DNA of 63,576 nt, counting the filler, from Choristocarpus tenellus KU-1152 (taxonomy: Eukaryota; Protista; Phaeophyceae), in the NCBI GenBank assembly GCA_964200185.2. It is 11 parts of 11 records of this genome, joined end to end, with 100 filler letters (N's around TTAATTAATTAA, not from the genome) between each part and the next. Parts side by side here need not be neighbours in the genome. Positions count along the whole stretch, not along the records: positions 24,649 to 27,610 come from CAXNAD020023328.1; positions 27,711 to 32,607 come from CAXNAD020012618.1; positions 32,708 to 36,729 come from CAXNAD020016627.1; 8 more parts are not named here. One strand, 5' to 3'. The position numbers were made by a program, and so were the translations under genes. The number at the start of each line of letters is the position of its first letter. Position 1 is the stretch's first letter. The notes beneath the pieces are model-generated. The model had not been told where the DNA came from, made no database searches, and worked only from the letters and a program-made list of their open reading frames with translations. Positions 25,100 through 36,729 of the stretch are shown in pieces.

Positions 25100-26500
25100 G
25101 CCAATCAATATGCTGCAAAACCTGCATTGTACAAGGAGAAGACACACTGGTTTGGGTAGATGGTAGATGCGCTTGTTTGCTAGCATGTCACACCCTTCTG
25201 CTGCCTCAGTCGAAGCCCTGATCATCAGGCAGAAACAGGGTCTATATTGCCACAACAGGACTTCCATGCACGAATATGTATCAAGCCAAACTTCACTTTT
25301 ATTCAGAGGTTGTCAACGGTGTACTGGCAGCCCTTGCACCGATGCTTCAACCTGTTTCAACCTAGAATTCCTCGCCCGCTGTCTGTGCACCCTTAAATAC
25401 CGAACCTTCTTCCGTTCCCAGCAAACACAGTGCCTCGTTTGTTCCCAAAACGCAATGCATCAAAACCAGTTCGGCCAGTCACATCCATTCCCCAGCCTGT
25501 GCTTTGATCCCCACTCGCTCTACCCACAGAGAAGGTGAGCAATAGAAGTCGGCACGATTCCGGCAAAGGCTTACCTCCATCATCTGCCTCCCAGGACGAC
25601 GTCGATACATTACTAAAGGCACACCGAGTATGCTTTCATCATGCCTCTGGTCAAGACTGCTTCACGTCCATATCTGATGTGTGCAGGTATATATAAAGCG
25701 ACTCGTTAGTTCCCAGGGGAATCCTCCCATTCCTTTTGGGAACCCACTGAGGACCTCCGGGTACTCAATCCACTGCAGAGTCTCGTACGATGATAGCCTT
25801 AATAGAAACGAATCTGTGATACCTAGCAGCAATGCAAGACTCGAAACTTCCTCCACTATTCGCGAGAAGTCCAACTGGTTTGGAAGATGCAGAGTCGTCT
25901 TGAAGTTACACCATGGAGTCTGAGTTTCCAGTCATGTCATTCCAACTATAGACATTTAGACTTTCGTTTCCACCTCGATAATATTCACCATGACATCGGC
26001 CTATGGTACTACTCAAGTATCGACATATGCCCTGCTATGTCACCCACACAGAGTCCACTCCAGAATGCTTGCCCAGGTACTCCTTGACACAGGTGCAGGT
26101 CTCATCTATTTTTGTGATATTGCTTACCACAGCTCAACATGGCAGGCAAAGGTACCATACATGCAGCAAACTCCAGAGGGTGCAATATTCCACCAATGCT
26201 GGTACTGAGGTCATGCAAACTTCTAATAGCGTTTTCCCCAGAGGAAAAAGTGCGCAATATGGGTTGTAGGGTAATGGTGGGGCTGCCTTACGAAATTATT
26301 TTTCGGAGCAACATTTTGTAGACACCACTAGAGTGAACTGTCATTTAGAGAAGGTCAATGCTCTCAACCATCATCACTGTCACCATGGGTACCTTTTGTC
26401 AGGATCCCAACACTCAGATCGAGCAGTAACAATGTACCCTTGTCAGACCTTAGCAAATGGCATTGTAGTACAAAGGAAAGTTCTAAGATGGATAGTTGTC
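25100..26500 (+). mobile_element. Degraded Ty3/Gypsy-like gag-protease remnant
   Basis: Retropepsin motif QVLLDTGAG (~26074-26100) and a downstream frameshifted CRVMVGLPYEIIF..NIL resembling LPxDIILGxDFL. A Cys/His-rich segment lies upstream, with many stops. Boundaries are approximate. Confidence 0.55.
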
Positions 26501-27710
26501 AGACTAGGTAACTAAATAGAAGAAATGGACAGCTTTACCTTACTACAGTTGGATGTTTATCATGCCCTCTAGGACCTTCACGATTCTAACACAAGACCAT
26601 ACCCAACTAATGTTCCCACCCAAGAACAACTCTTGCCCGGAGAGGATGTGTTCTGTCTCTTCCCTATAGGTACTAGTGTCAAACATTGTGGGATGATGAA
26701 GGCTGAAGAGACCGGTAGGACAGGGTCCAGTTTTTGAGTTCAAGTCACCTCACTGGAGGGTATGGTTGAAGGATGGAGGTAAGGAGGAATTCAGCAGGAG
26801 AGAGATGAGTGCCTCCTCCAGAAAACCTCCCAGCAAGTAACAACTGTATGCCTGAAGGACAAGGTGAGGTTCAGCCGGTACATGCTAGAACAAGAAGTTA
26901 AAGCATTGAAAATCATAGCCACTGAAAGGAACGTGAGATACCAGAAGTTAAAGTGAAGCTGACCACATTAGAGCACACAGTAATATACATGGGTTGTATA
27001 GGCTGAAGTCCTTGGAAAATATAAACACTGAACTCACTACTTTTTTATTTTTATTTTTTCATTTTCCTCTTTTCTATGTTGTAACAACTCTCTGTGATCT
27101 AGATTTCTCTATTTTTTATATCTTCTATATCTCTCTTATGTTTTTCAAATGTTCATTTATTTTTTCTCATCCCATCATCCCCTGATTTTTAATTTACTTC
27201 TTTTTTTCATGGTGCTACTCTCCTTCTTTACCGATGTTTTCTTTTTTTTCTTACTTTTTTGTTCTTCCCTTTATTTTATTTCATTTACTATTCAGTTTCC
27301 ACTGTGTTACCCTCATTAACCACACATTATTTTTGTTTATTTTCTATTTATTGCCCATATTATTATTTTTTATTTTGTTTCTATTTAGTATTTTTATTGT
27401 TTGTTGCTCTTTTTGGCCCTTCTTTCTTTCTTTATTTTTCATTGCCTGTTTTGCGCACTAGCAGCCTTGAGTATGCTTTGTGCTTGGGGGGAATAGGACA
27501 GGCAATAATCAGATGCTGTGTAGGTCATGAATAATGTAAGTCTAATCCCTGATAGCATTTGCATTTATATAAACGGGAAGATTGGAACAGAAGACGCATG
27601 AATTGTATGCNNNNNNNNNNNNNNNNNNNNNNNNNNNNNNNNNNNNNNNNNNNNTTAATTAATTAANNNNNNNNNNNNNNNNNNNNNNNNNNNNNNNNNN
27701 NNNNNNNNNN

Positions 27711-27940
27711 TTTGCCCTGTTTGTCCATTTGGGGCTTGGCTTCCCACGGGTTCTTTGATGACAATTTCATACTCCAAAATGTTTAGGAGTAGGTAAAATG
27801 TGTATGTTATGAAAGGTGTGTCCGGAACAAGGACATTGACACTTCCTAACAAACATGACAGCCAAAAATGTATCACAATTGCAACATTGGATATTGGCCC
27901 CCAAAAGGACGCGGCTCTATCCTCTAAGATACTTTGGCTC
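27711..27940. mobile_element. MITE family B, left-truncated copy at contig start
   Basis: Colinear with about 61270-61501 and ends CCTCTAAGATACTTTGGCTC. Confidence 0.8.
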
Positions 27941-27959
27941 ATTTCCCTACACTCCTAAA

Positions 27960-30900
27960 GGTCATATTTGCAAACGTTGAGAAGAGCTTCTTCCTTCATC
28001 ACTACACCACCATTTGACAGGTGCAACAATACAAACACTGCAAATCCCGCCTCCCCAAAGGACACGCCGCCATGTCCATGGACTTCAGCGCCCACCTGCA
28101 GTACAACCACCAAGACTTGACACAACAAGAGTTCCTCAATCTATTCCTTACGGCGTTTCTTACCATTGTCGGGTGGTTGAGGGATTTGAGAGAAGAGGGA
28201 AATCTTGAGAAGGGAAGGGTTTGGGCTCACAGCATGACGGTGTGCAATGAAGACCGAAGCCAAGACAACGAGTTCATCCAGAACGCCGTGGAGATGCTTG
28301 TGAAAGACCACCTAATACCTCTGGCCAGTGAATACGGACAGACCATAGAGGTCCTCCACATCTCGTCCTATGGCTGCGGGACCAGTTCGAGAACAAATGG
28401 CAGATGTGGTGGGTTTCTCAGTCCTTAGCGCAGATGGGAATTTCCGTGCTACACAACTTCTTTGCCTCCTGTCACGGCAAGTCGCTGTCTGATGGAGTCG
28501 GGGCTGTGGTGAAGTCTGCTGCCAGGAGACTGGAACTACACGGGGTGCGCATGCCAAGAACCTCATCCCTAGTGGATTCGATCAAGGCAACCAAAACTCA
28601 ATACACATTGAGGGATCCAACACCGGAGGAAGAATGGCGCTACCGCAAAGGTCATAAGGTTCCTCCCAGACAGACAATCGTGACAAAGGTAGACACACTC
28701 CACATGACCACCCCCACCCCCCACTCACATATTTGGCCTCTGTTTGCCACTGGCGATAACCACAACACGTACACTCCTTGCTCACATATGCAACAAACAC
28801 TCAATATGTACCGTTCGAACTTATGTCACGTCCGTCACTCCCTTCACGCTGACAACATGCGCAGCATCAAGATAACACATACGCACGTATGAAATGACTG
28901 CACAGATAGTCCACACATGCTTACATCCGTTGCCACCTATTTCATACAAGTCTGCCAATCGGTAAACTTGCGCAAAACTCCAAGTTCTTCTTTTCTTTCC
29001 ACTGTCAACATCGACCATATAAACATCGCTTGTTGCAGGAATACATACCACATACGATACATGCATGATTCTCCCCGCACTCTGGACCTGATCCCTCCTT
29101 GCCACTCCCATCAGTCTGGACCTTCTTGCCCCTCCAGAACCCATACACACTAAACGCACAATAGATATCGTTGACCCATTATGTCACATCCGCGCTTTTC
29201 CTCACGTCGACACCACGAATCACATGATAATCGCACATACACATTTACTAATCGACCGCACACTGTCCGAGCATGCTTGCAACCATCGCCCTCAATTTAG
29301 AACGAGTCTGCCAATCGGTAAACCAACTCGAAACTCCAAGTTATTGTTTCCTTCCACATAAAAACGTCGGCCATATATCTATCACTTGCTGCAAGAATAT
29401 ATACCACATGTACAACGTGTATGATTTTCCCACTCACAATAATTAATTCCTGTTTGCAACTCGCGACTGTCTACACCCTCACACCCCTTGCTAACCTATA
29501 TATTCCACCAAGGTAATAGATTTCGTCGACCCATTATGTCCCATCCGTTCCTTCCCTTCATGCCTACACCACGAATCACACGATGATCGCACATACGCAC
29601 TTCCTAATTGACCGCTCAAAGTCCGTGCACACGTTGAACCATCACCCTCTATTTCTCAATTGTCTACCAATCGGCAAACTAACACAAACCTCCAAGTTTT
29701 GGGTTTAATCACACACTGCCATCCGTCATTACCAAACACTCGTTACAGCAATAGGTATCACAACTATTTACAATCGAATGCCATCACATTGAATTGGTCG
29801 CAGCACACTGCCTCAGTGCCGACACTGACTCCAACACGTACCACCCCTCACCTTATACGCACAATCACCACAACCCTTAGGATTGGACGGACAGGGACGG
29901 CAGACAGCACAGTAACACGTCTACGAAACTTCCATACATCGACACGTTCCGCACACAGGAGATAGTCCACCTTCCGTCTTACAAGATCAACCGTGCGGGA
30001 CGACACAACCCACATGTCCTGAACCTCGGTGGAATCAAGTCCATGTGCAGGTTCTTCACTGGTCGGCTCACCACCGGAGACTCCCGTACATTGATATACA
30101 CCGAACTGTCGTGCTACTGTACGAACTGTTCCATCGGCAACCTCGCCCTATGCCGCAGGCAACCAACCCACGTGCCCCCACTTAAGGAGATAAACCTCGG
30201 ATTTTCGACGGAAGCGGGAACGGGTGATATATATCTGAGAAGTCAGCTGTCGAGGAAGAAGAGACAGCTCGCTGAGGGGAACATATGCATTGTGCGGACG
30301 TAGCCATCGGAGTACAATGGTATAGAGTTCTTGTCGTTCACTATCCACTGCAAGGACAAGATTCAATGAAAAGCCAGACACCACTCCAGCTATGGAGGGA
30401 TGTTCAGTGCTGGAGATGAGATCGTCTTTGTCACTGAAGACTTCGAGGTGCTGCGTGCTAGCTTCGTTGATGGCGTGCCAACTATTCACATGTCACGGAT
30501 GGACAAGGTGAGTAACGCCTCTTCTTGCTTCTAAGAAAACAATGCCCCACAAAAATGAATCCACGCTGTCCATATAAAGATGTCACATACTCCCCTATAT
30601 CCCCTCATATACAAATAAAATCCTCCCATAACGTCCAACCCTGACATCCAAACCAGTGCCGTTTTGTTCTCCCAATCTGCAACCGCCACTGACACACCTT
30701 TCACATTATTTTTTCGCAACTTACGCAGGGCAAACAAGCGCGTCCCATACGTTCATTTCGCTGCTAAAGTATATCCTCTATCATACATAAAACTATCCGT
30801 TCCTCAAAAAAACAACCTCCAACACCCCTATACAGCCAAACCAGGCCATCACTCGCAAACATATTCCAATAGTCCTACACACCAACACAGCCCCCGCAAC

Positions 30901-31700
30901 GAACATGTCGGTGGTGATGCAGGACGCACAACCGGGTCCCCGCGTCGTGCCCCTTCAGGCTATCATCATCCCAGACTTCAGGGATATCCACCACAACCAC
31001 CTGGACAACACATTCACGATCCTGCCTGGTCAATACCAGAGGTTCACCTCGGAATCCAACCGGCAATCTCTCGGCGGGATACCTGCTCGCTTCTCTAGGC
31101 AACTCAGAGTTGGGGACATGTCAGACGCCAGGTTCGGTCAAGGATCTGCTTCATTCTACGCGCGAATGGAGGGGCCATCGTACAGGGGAAGGTCAGCAAT
31201 GTGCCCGTAGATGGTTCAGGGGCGTACATTTACTCAGTGTCCTACATCCCGGACGATGGCCAAAACTCTTTACCCCCTCAACTGGGATCGTACATGACAG
31301 AGGACGAGATCAAGGAGGGTGTCAACCAACCTCGAGACAAGAGCAACAGGGACAGTTATGAGGCTGTAGCCCTGTGTGTCAGACAACGCAGTTGGTCGAC
31401 TGTCGACCGACAGCAGAAGTGTAGGGACGTGGACAAGACAATATAAAAGTATATACTCCTTGAACCGACACTGAGTTAGTTATGCCGGATTTAGATGAGG
31501 GGGTAACCCTCAATGCCAGAGCCAAGGGCAGGGGACTATACCTCAGATGAGACGATCAGCGGATGCCAGGAACCGTGACCAAGTACCAGCCCCACTACAG
31601 AGTGAAAGATAGAGAAAAGCGAGTCAGTATCCCCTACGAGGTCAAATGGGAGAATGGCGACTTGCGAAATATGCAGCCCTTGTCTCCAACACTACAGCAC
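27960..31700 (+). pseudogene. Decayed Sola2-type DDD transposase with introns and Tudor-like C-terminal segments
   Basis: Motifs in order: HHY..Q, MDFS, SYGCG (catalytic SDG changed to SYG at 28369) with a frameshift near 28380 into QFENKW, and FFASCHGKSLSDGVGAVVK. After intron 28689-29958 comes LSCYCTNCSIGNLALC. Several in-frame stops follow. Confidence 0.75.
28820..29700 (+). repeat. ~357-bp degenerate tandem repeat (about 2.5-3 copies) inside the transposase intron
   Basis: TTATGTC(A/C)C(A/G)TCCG recurs at about 28821, 29179 and 29534. GTCTGCCAATCGGTAAAC recurs with a similar period. Confidence 0.7.
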
Positions 31701-32364
31701 TGACCAAGACGCTCCTACACGGGCCTGGTTCCGGACAGGTCCCACACTGACACCATATCGACGACATTCACGGCTTTGAGGAGCAACATAGGCCAACTTC
31801 TGTTCGTGAGTCACCCTCTCTACTTCACCAGTCCGACACATGCTTCGACAGACATGTTATGATGGAGAGATCGGACGTTCTCTAAATCGACGGACTTATG
31901 TGCACTTGGTATATTGAATTTATTATCTTCCCAAAGAGTTTGTGTTCATGTGTCCTCATACACATGTTTTTATTGGCCTGGTGGCGCAAGCAAACCTTCG
32001 TCTCCATTATTGTTGCGTTCTGCCACCATCCTCTATAATACGTTTACTGCCATGCCCCAGTCCTTTTTCCTCCCTCCTTTGCCCTGATCGGACCACAGAG
32101 CAATTGACAGAAACCTTACCACAAATACGTTGTCGCACAAGCATCTCGTACTCCACACCACCATCTTCAGCATAAGTCGAGATTTCCACAACATATGACA
32201 TGTCTTCCTCACTCACACCAAGCGGCGGCAACCACCCACACTCCAGTCTTTGAACCCAACGACAACTTCCCTGAGCCATAAAAACGTAGTCTACACCCTC
32301 TCAGCACCAAGCGTAGATCCTGAATGTATTTTAGCCCAAAATACATCATATTAGGACGGTCAGT

Positions 32365-32573
32365 GGGTCGGAGTGTCTTGGGGGGTGGTGATTTGTCATA
32401 ATTCGTCCGTTTCTGGCCGGACGAATTACTCAAAAATCATAGCAATGCTGTCTTCGGTCGCGGACGTTTCACGACAGAAGACAGCAATTGTTATGATTTC
32501 TGAGCACTTCGTCCGGACCAAAACTGACGCCCCCTCACAAACCAGCCCCCCCCCCCCCCAGATACTTTGACCC
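32365..32573. mobile_element. Fold-back TIR element (family C) or terminus of the Sola2 element
   Basis: Termini GGGTCGGAGTGTCTTGGGGG and CCCCCAGATACTTTGACCC. Long internal inverted repeat CCGGACGAA..CTCAAAAATCATAGCAATGCTGTCTTC / GAAGACAGCAATTGTTATGATTTCTGAG..TTCGTCCGG. No TSD match. Confidence 0.7.
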
Positions 32574-32707
32574 TGAAATCAGAAGAGTGACCTTGTGTGG
32601 TGTCTTCNNNNNNNNNNNNNNNNNNNNNNNNNNNNNNNNNNNNNNNNNNNNTTAATTAATTAANNNNNNNNNNNNNNNNNNNNNNNNNNNNNNNNNNNNN
32701 NNNNNNN

Positions 32708-32769
32708 GATTTTAGTCCAAATGGACACCCTGGTGTAGACCCCCCTCCCCCTCCCAGATACTTTGGGTC
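32708..32769. mobile_element. MITE family A, right end at contig start
   Basis: AAATGGACACCCTGGTGTAGACCCCC...CCCAGATACTTTGGGTC matches 24448-24509. Confidence 0.8.
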
Positions 32770-35329
32770 TTTAGCAGCTCTTCAGAAAACACCAACACTC
32801 TCTGTTGTCTCAATCCTCCACGAGAAACATCACAGATTTACCAGCTAAGCCTCGTCGTTTTGCCAGAGATACATTGTTTGGATATTATCGAGGAGCAGGC
32901 AGATCGTTTGAAACACAACCAATTGAAACAGACCCAAAGCTAATAGAAGATGCGCAGCTCTGAATGCCAACAATACTTGATTGAGGTTATCCCACCTATC
33001 CTGTTGCCAACTGCAACACCTGCGTAATAGTCCTTGCTATACCACAGTCAGCATCTGTCGCAACTCCTTCCCCTCCACTCCACCTATTCTATCACTGCAC
33101 AACTTTCCCCAATTCTTCTTGACGCCTTGCCTCCCAGTCACCTGGGACTGCAGGCTCGATACAGCAGCAGCACTCGATTTGACGTGTTGTACGAAAAACG
33201 TGATAGGGTCCCTCACTCTTTTTGCATTGTTGTGCCGTCCGTCATGCCATCGTGTTTGAGCCAGCGATCTAGTCTCGTCCACGATCTACGCAACTTTAGG
33301 CATCTACCCCAGTATTTTCTGTCAAGGAAAACTCCTGTGTCTACCTCCTGAGCTGAATGCACCAAAGAACCGAACTCGGCATTTACAACCTCTGACCAGT
33401 CTTCCTTAGGAATGGCCTTGAGGATGGAGAAGGGGTGACGGTTGGGCAACAGTTAGGATGAGTGTGCAAGGGGTAGTGAAGATAGTGAACAATGGATGAT
33501 GGGTTCGGTAGTATAGCAGTAATATAGTAGTGTCAAACAGGAAGGAGGGAATTTGGGGAATAGGGAGAAGAAGGACAATAACCCCACAAGGTCAACCGCA
33601 TATTTGTAGTGAGTACTTCAGGGTGTCCAGTGCTCGGTACAAATTTATCGCGTGTTGGGATTCTGATCCTGTGAAACAGTGGATGCTACATACCTCCTCT
33701 CGCGCATGCTTAAGTACAACATTCACATATTTCACACCTTGTGCATATAGCAACAAGCTCATGTGTCATATACCTATTTACATATACGTACACATTCCAG
33801 AGTACATACCACCTCACGCCGGCTTTGGAAGTTTGCCCCAGCCACCTTAGTCCCCTGCAAATACAGTGCTTGAAAGGAGATGGGGGTTTATCCCATAGGA
33901 CAGATTTGGTAGAAATCTCTTCGGGTTAGATGCGTCATTCCAAATCGAAGATGTGAATAACGTTACAGTAGTACTTTAGTAGTTTAAAAATCGGTTCTAA
34001 GTAGTTGCAGTTCTGGCATAGCAACGGAAGACACAGGGAGGCAGATAGCCTTATCAGCGGAGTAAAGGAGTGAGTGTACAATTGACATACGCACTGCAAT
34101 TGTTCAGATATGGTCGCATATACATAGAAAACGTGCACAATGACCTTAAACCTTTCTCGATGTACAAGAGCACAAAATGGCAAAGGGATCTTGAGCATCA
34201 GGGAGGCTTTCTTTCAGAATCCTGCAAGTGAAAACACTACTACCACAGCACAAATGGGTACAAGGGGGGAGTGCCATATACAAAGAACAATGCTAAGACA
34301 AATCCAGTACTGCTCAATAATATTATGTACTTTAGATTGCGAATCATTAGGTACAAATCCGGCAACATTAGGTCAAGTGGTGCCAATTCCCACAGTAGTG
34401 CACGACAATGGAACTACAGACAAAGGCACAGAGTAGGGAGGAGGTAGATAGGGTCGTAGAGTGTCCGGAGGCAATGGCAGGAAAAAGGAAAGCAGGGTGG
34501 GGGGGGGTGGCCCAAGAGTTAGAAGGCGGTTGGAGAAAATTAGATTAGTGGAGGCAGATGCAGGAAGAGGTGCTATGAATATCAGCTAACTCCATATAGT
34601 TGAGCAAATACAATATTTTCTCAGTCTGATATAAGATGAGATAACATGCATTTCACTATGCGAGATCTTTGTGACACAATTCGGTGTGGACCACGCTCTG
34701 ATCTTTCTGAACTGTGCTAATCAAGTGACACTGGGATACCTTTTCGTTTTCCCTACTGTTTGCATCACACCTAGAGGTATATATCGCACATATATAGAGG
34801 TCTATACGCTTTGTTCTGGATTTACCTGCTTGAACATTTTGAGAGCAACACGATTACCCTCATCATATTAGTCTATCATTGTGATTCTTGACTTTGGAGG
34901 AATATCCTTCGAGAACATTGTGTGATCTCCAAATAATATTCTGATTCGAACCGGTGATTCGAATGGGTAAGCCAGCATTTTTACCCCTTGAGAACACGAC
35001 CGTGACGCGGTGTATTTTTCATCCACAGTGACGTTCCTTGAGACATAGACTGCTCTAGCGACCTTCGTGAATGGTGTGTGAGGAATATGGACCTCGGTGT
35101 CATTCAATCTTTCCGGATTCTTCCTCGAACGGGGAGCAATCTCTGCTGGTGTAGCAGTGCTCAGATCTTCCCAGAACAGACGTGCTAACACCTCCAGTGC
35201 CCCCATCAGCTCTTTAGTATTTATAGATAGTATTAGTGGTCACAGTGTCTTACATGGAGTTCCCCAAGTTTTATCCTGGTCGAGAACTAAGCACTAAGCT
35301 GGATTGGTTTCGATATCGATGCTGCCCCC

Positions 35330-35533
35330 TGCCGCATTCTCAATTGCCTCAAATAGCCCTCTCGTGCTAACCTACTTTGAGACATTCTGTTGGATGCAGA
35401 TCGATTTTAGGAAATGTCCGGGCTACGAAAGTGCCGCATTCTCAATTGCCTCAAATAACCCTCTCGTGCTAACCTACTTCGAGACATTCTGTTGGATACA
35501 GATCGATTTTAGGAAATGTCCGGGCTACGAAAG
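35330..35533 (+). repeat. 102-bp tandem duplication
   Basis: Two near-identical units beginning TGCCGCATTCTCAATTGCC at 35330 and 35432. Confidence 0.9.
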
Positions 35534-36397
35534 TTGAAGTGACCACAGTGCTCACCAGGTTCTGTCACTTCTCTCCAGGAGCTGTTCCAGAATGTGCACT
35601 TGGATCATCATCGAAGAGCCCTGGCGGTTTCTGGTTGGAGAGATCATCTCATCATTTGCGGTATGATGTGCAGTGAGTGGAAGGTCCACCTGCACACATT
35701 GCAGACTGCAAGATGGCACGTGATGGCACCCTTGCAACACTGATGACCAGCGACCAACAAATGTTTCGTAAGTTCGACTTGAGTCCTGGTCACCTCTACC
35801 GCACACCATCAAGCTTTTGATATTCACTTCTACCCTTTCTGATGATATTCTAATCCCGAAAAGATGTTTGTGGTACTTTATCGACCTCAACCAGAGCAGG
35901 GTACTGTTTCAATTCCTGGAGTGAGCAGTTCACATCTGCTCTACGACAAGAAAACAGGTACAGTCTCAGCTTCGACAACTACAGACGGGTCAGTCAGGTG
36001 TTGGGTCTGGTGTGATGGATTCTGGGACCAGGTCTTCGTGATACAGGTCTGGGTCTGAGGTCCCAGTATTTCCTACTACGTACATACTACCTCTGTACCA
36101 TAAGGTTGTACTTCGAAACATCTGGGCTCACCGAGCGAGAACGGTGCCGAATCGGACGACAACCCCACAGAATGAAATGGGGTTGACAATCTCAGCTTTC
36201 AGTATAAGTGGGGCTCGAGAATCATGAGGTACATACTCGAGGTGCTTCAAGTCGTCAAAGTAGGGGTCTTTTGGGGTGATTTTGAGGCCAGAACTGGGCA
36301 CGTCGAGGGTCAGAACGTCGGCATGGCAACCCCCCCCGCTAAACCCCCCACGTAGGAAGGGTGCCCAAGAGTTTCTGATTAACAAGTTGCACTTGCA

Positions 36398-36729
36398 GTG
36401 CAGCACACCCTCGCGATGGTCCCTGTTGAGCATAAACTGCCACGGCATGTTGGACCGGCCGTCACAGCGGAGTTCGGAGTGTCCGAGTGTTACATGCGAG
36501 GGCTCTGGGAGGACGTTGCTGATCAGCTCGCCCGTGGCGAAACACTTGACCTATGGGCGGCGGCACGTAGTTGGTGGCCTTCGGAGCTCACACCGACCAA
36601 GATGGTCGCAATACATAGTATCAACTCCGATAATCGATCTTCCGCTGTGCATCAGGTGACAATGAAGATGGCCGTCATGGGGCTGAATAATAGCACGAGC
36701 ACCATAAATAGGTGGTTGGATGATATGGG
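36398..36729 (+). mobile_element. Possible Tc1/mariner transposase N-terminal HTH remnant
   Basis: VGPAVTAEFGVSECYMRGLWEDVADQLARGE resembles the HTH of plant/oomycete mariner-like transposases. It is frameshifted and cut by the spacer. Confidence 0.4.

Noticed and set aside
26994-27534. Hydrophobic membrane-protein ORFs
   Set aside because: T-rich low-complexity sequence producing spurious Phe/Leu/Ile frames.
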